Positions 62,805 through 64,000 of a stretch of DNA of 64,000 nt are shown one piece after another. Origin of the DNA: Mobula hypostoma. Taxonomy: Eukaryota. Below the pieces are notes generated by a model. It searched no databases, had not been told where the DNA came from, and was given only the letters and a program-made list of their open reading frames with translations. The stretch is taken from NCBI RefSeq assembly GCF_963921235.1, contig NC_086108.1, positions 82,088,001-82,152,000 on the forward strand. The letters are read 5' to 3'. The position numbers were made by a program, and so were the translations under genes. The stretch's first letter is position 1; each line of letters opens with the position of its first letter.

Positions 62805-63410
62805 TGAGCACAAGAAAATCTGCAGATGTTGGAAGTCCAAAGCAAAACACAGAATGCTGGAGGATCTTGGCAGGCCAGGCAACATCTATGGGAAAAGTTG
62901 ACATTTTGGGCTGAGACCCTGCTTCAGGACTGGAAGGGAAGGGACAAGTTAGGGTAAAGAGGGGAGGGGAGGAAGGAGTACAAGGTGATAGGTGAAACCA
63001 GGAGAGGGGAAGTAAAGAGCTGGGAAGTTGAATGGTGAAAGAGATAAAGGGCTGGAGAAAGGGGAATCTGATGGAAGAAAGATGATGATGGAAGGGGGAG
63101 GAGCACCAGAGAGCAGTTAAGGAGATGAGGCAAGAGGGGGAAACAGATATATGGAATGGTGAAGTGGGGGTGAGCATTACTGGAAGTTCAAGAAATTGAT
63201 GTTCATGCCAGCATGTTGGAGGCTACCCAGACAGAACATAACGAGTTGCACCTCCAACCTGAGTGTGGCCTCACTGGGGCAGAATATAAGGCCATAGACT
63301 GGTGCTGAAATGGGAAGTAGAACTGAAAAGGAGTTCCTGCTTTTTGTGTCGGATTCCTATTCCGAAAAGTCAGTCCATGGCCTCCTCTACTGCCAGAATG
63401 AGACTGTAGT
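62805..63410 (-). mobile_element. Penelope 3' fragment (GIY-YIG end + pLTR) with a short inverted piece at ~63350-63410
   Basis: Reverse complement of the 34360-34900 region. Degenerate hammerhead AGTCCTGAAGCAGGGTCTCAGCCCAAAATGTCAACT at ~62897-62932. Confidence 0.8.
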
Positions 63411-63635
63411 GTAAAGCCAGGTCATCTGCAAGTCTCAAGAAATACAACTTGGGGAGAAGATTTGTAATGATCTATTGTTTTTCTCCACACAGATTCCAGG
63501 AGATCAAATTTTAGTCTGAATCTCAATTTTTGTGGTAGTGATGAGTGAATTTCTGTAACCTGATGTTGCCTGTATGGAACTTTCTAAAATCTTTGTAAAT
63601 TTAATAATGTCTTGGATTTTATTTTTTCCTTTCAG

Positions 63636-63789
63636 TTTTCAGATGTTGTATGCCGATTGCTATTTGACCCGAGAAGAGTTTTGGGAGATGTTTGATGGGT
63701 CTCTATACCACAAGCTGAGACAAAAACTGAACTCTGAAGATGCATTCCCTGAGGTTTATGATAAGATCTGCAAGGCAGCGAGACACTGA
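63636..63789 (+). CDS. DHCR24: DHCR24 exon 9 (last coding exon)
   Basis: TTCAG|(T)[28 protein letters not shown]...[10 protein letters not shown]; 154 nt. The nine exons total 1551 nt. Confidence 0.96.
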
Positions 63790-64000
63790 GAGTCCCAGGG
63801 AAGAAGCCAAATGGAATTCAATAGTAAATCAATTTTCATCTGAAAGAAGTAGGTCAGGATTTTTTAAATCCAAAGATTTTTCCATTTTTATCACGAACAC
63901 TTTTTTGTGAACCTACTCCTGTCGTTATCTTTCCTTTTCTCTCCATACCCCTCATGCAGTGAATCATGTTGACGTTCAATTCTGTAGGCATTTGTGTGTG

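Noticed and set aside
1-64000. CRISPR array, prokaryotic defence/retron system or rRNA
   Set aside because: No repeat-spacer array or operon structure. All RT and nuclease ORFs are eukaryotic retroelements in a spliced vertebrate locus.

Overview
Vertebrate genomic DNA. The repeat repertoire (CR1, Penelope, Rex1/Babar, V-SINE) suggests a cartilaginous fish, probably a ray; this is an inference. The window holds three host genes in the order and orientation known from human 1p32. BSND (barttin) exon 1 is on the minus strand (7905-8081), with later exons not found in the window. TMEM61 has two coding exons on the minus strand (25706-26022 and 23812-24133, 212 aa). A complete 9-exon DHCR24 is on the plus strand (41079-63789, 1551 nt, 516 aa, all introns GT-AG). 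Much of the rest is transposon-derived and often nested: a decayed Gypsy LTR element (1-~6750), many CR1 LINEs including a young CR1 inside an older one, a 3.0-kb hAT with a perfect 8-bp TSD, Rex1/Babar LINEs, a Penelope element, a solo LTR, a young Nimb/I-group LINE abutting the DHCR24 promoter, Tc1 and Tigger remnants and several SINE families. The most interesting observations are three. First, this barttin carries Ser at positions 8 and 10, where human R8 and G10 substitutions (including G10S) cause Bartter syndrome type IV. Second, a family of short, TSD-flanked, often hairpin-shaped Penelope terminal-repeat elements carries minimal hammerhead-ribozyme motifs. Third, a recent RNase-H LINE sits about 340 bp upstream of the DHCR24 ATG. 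I found no evidence for a wholly new gene system.
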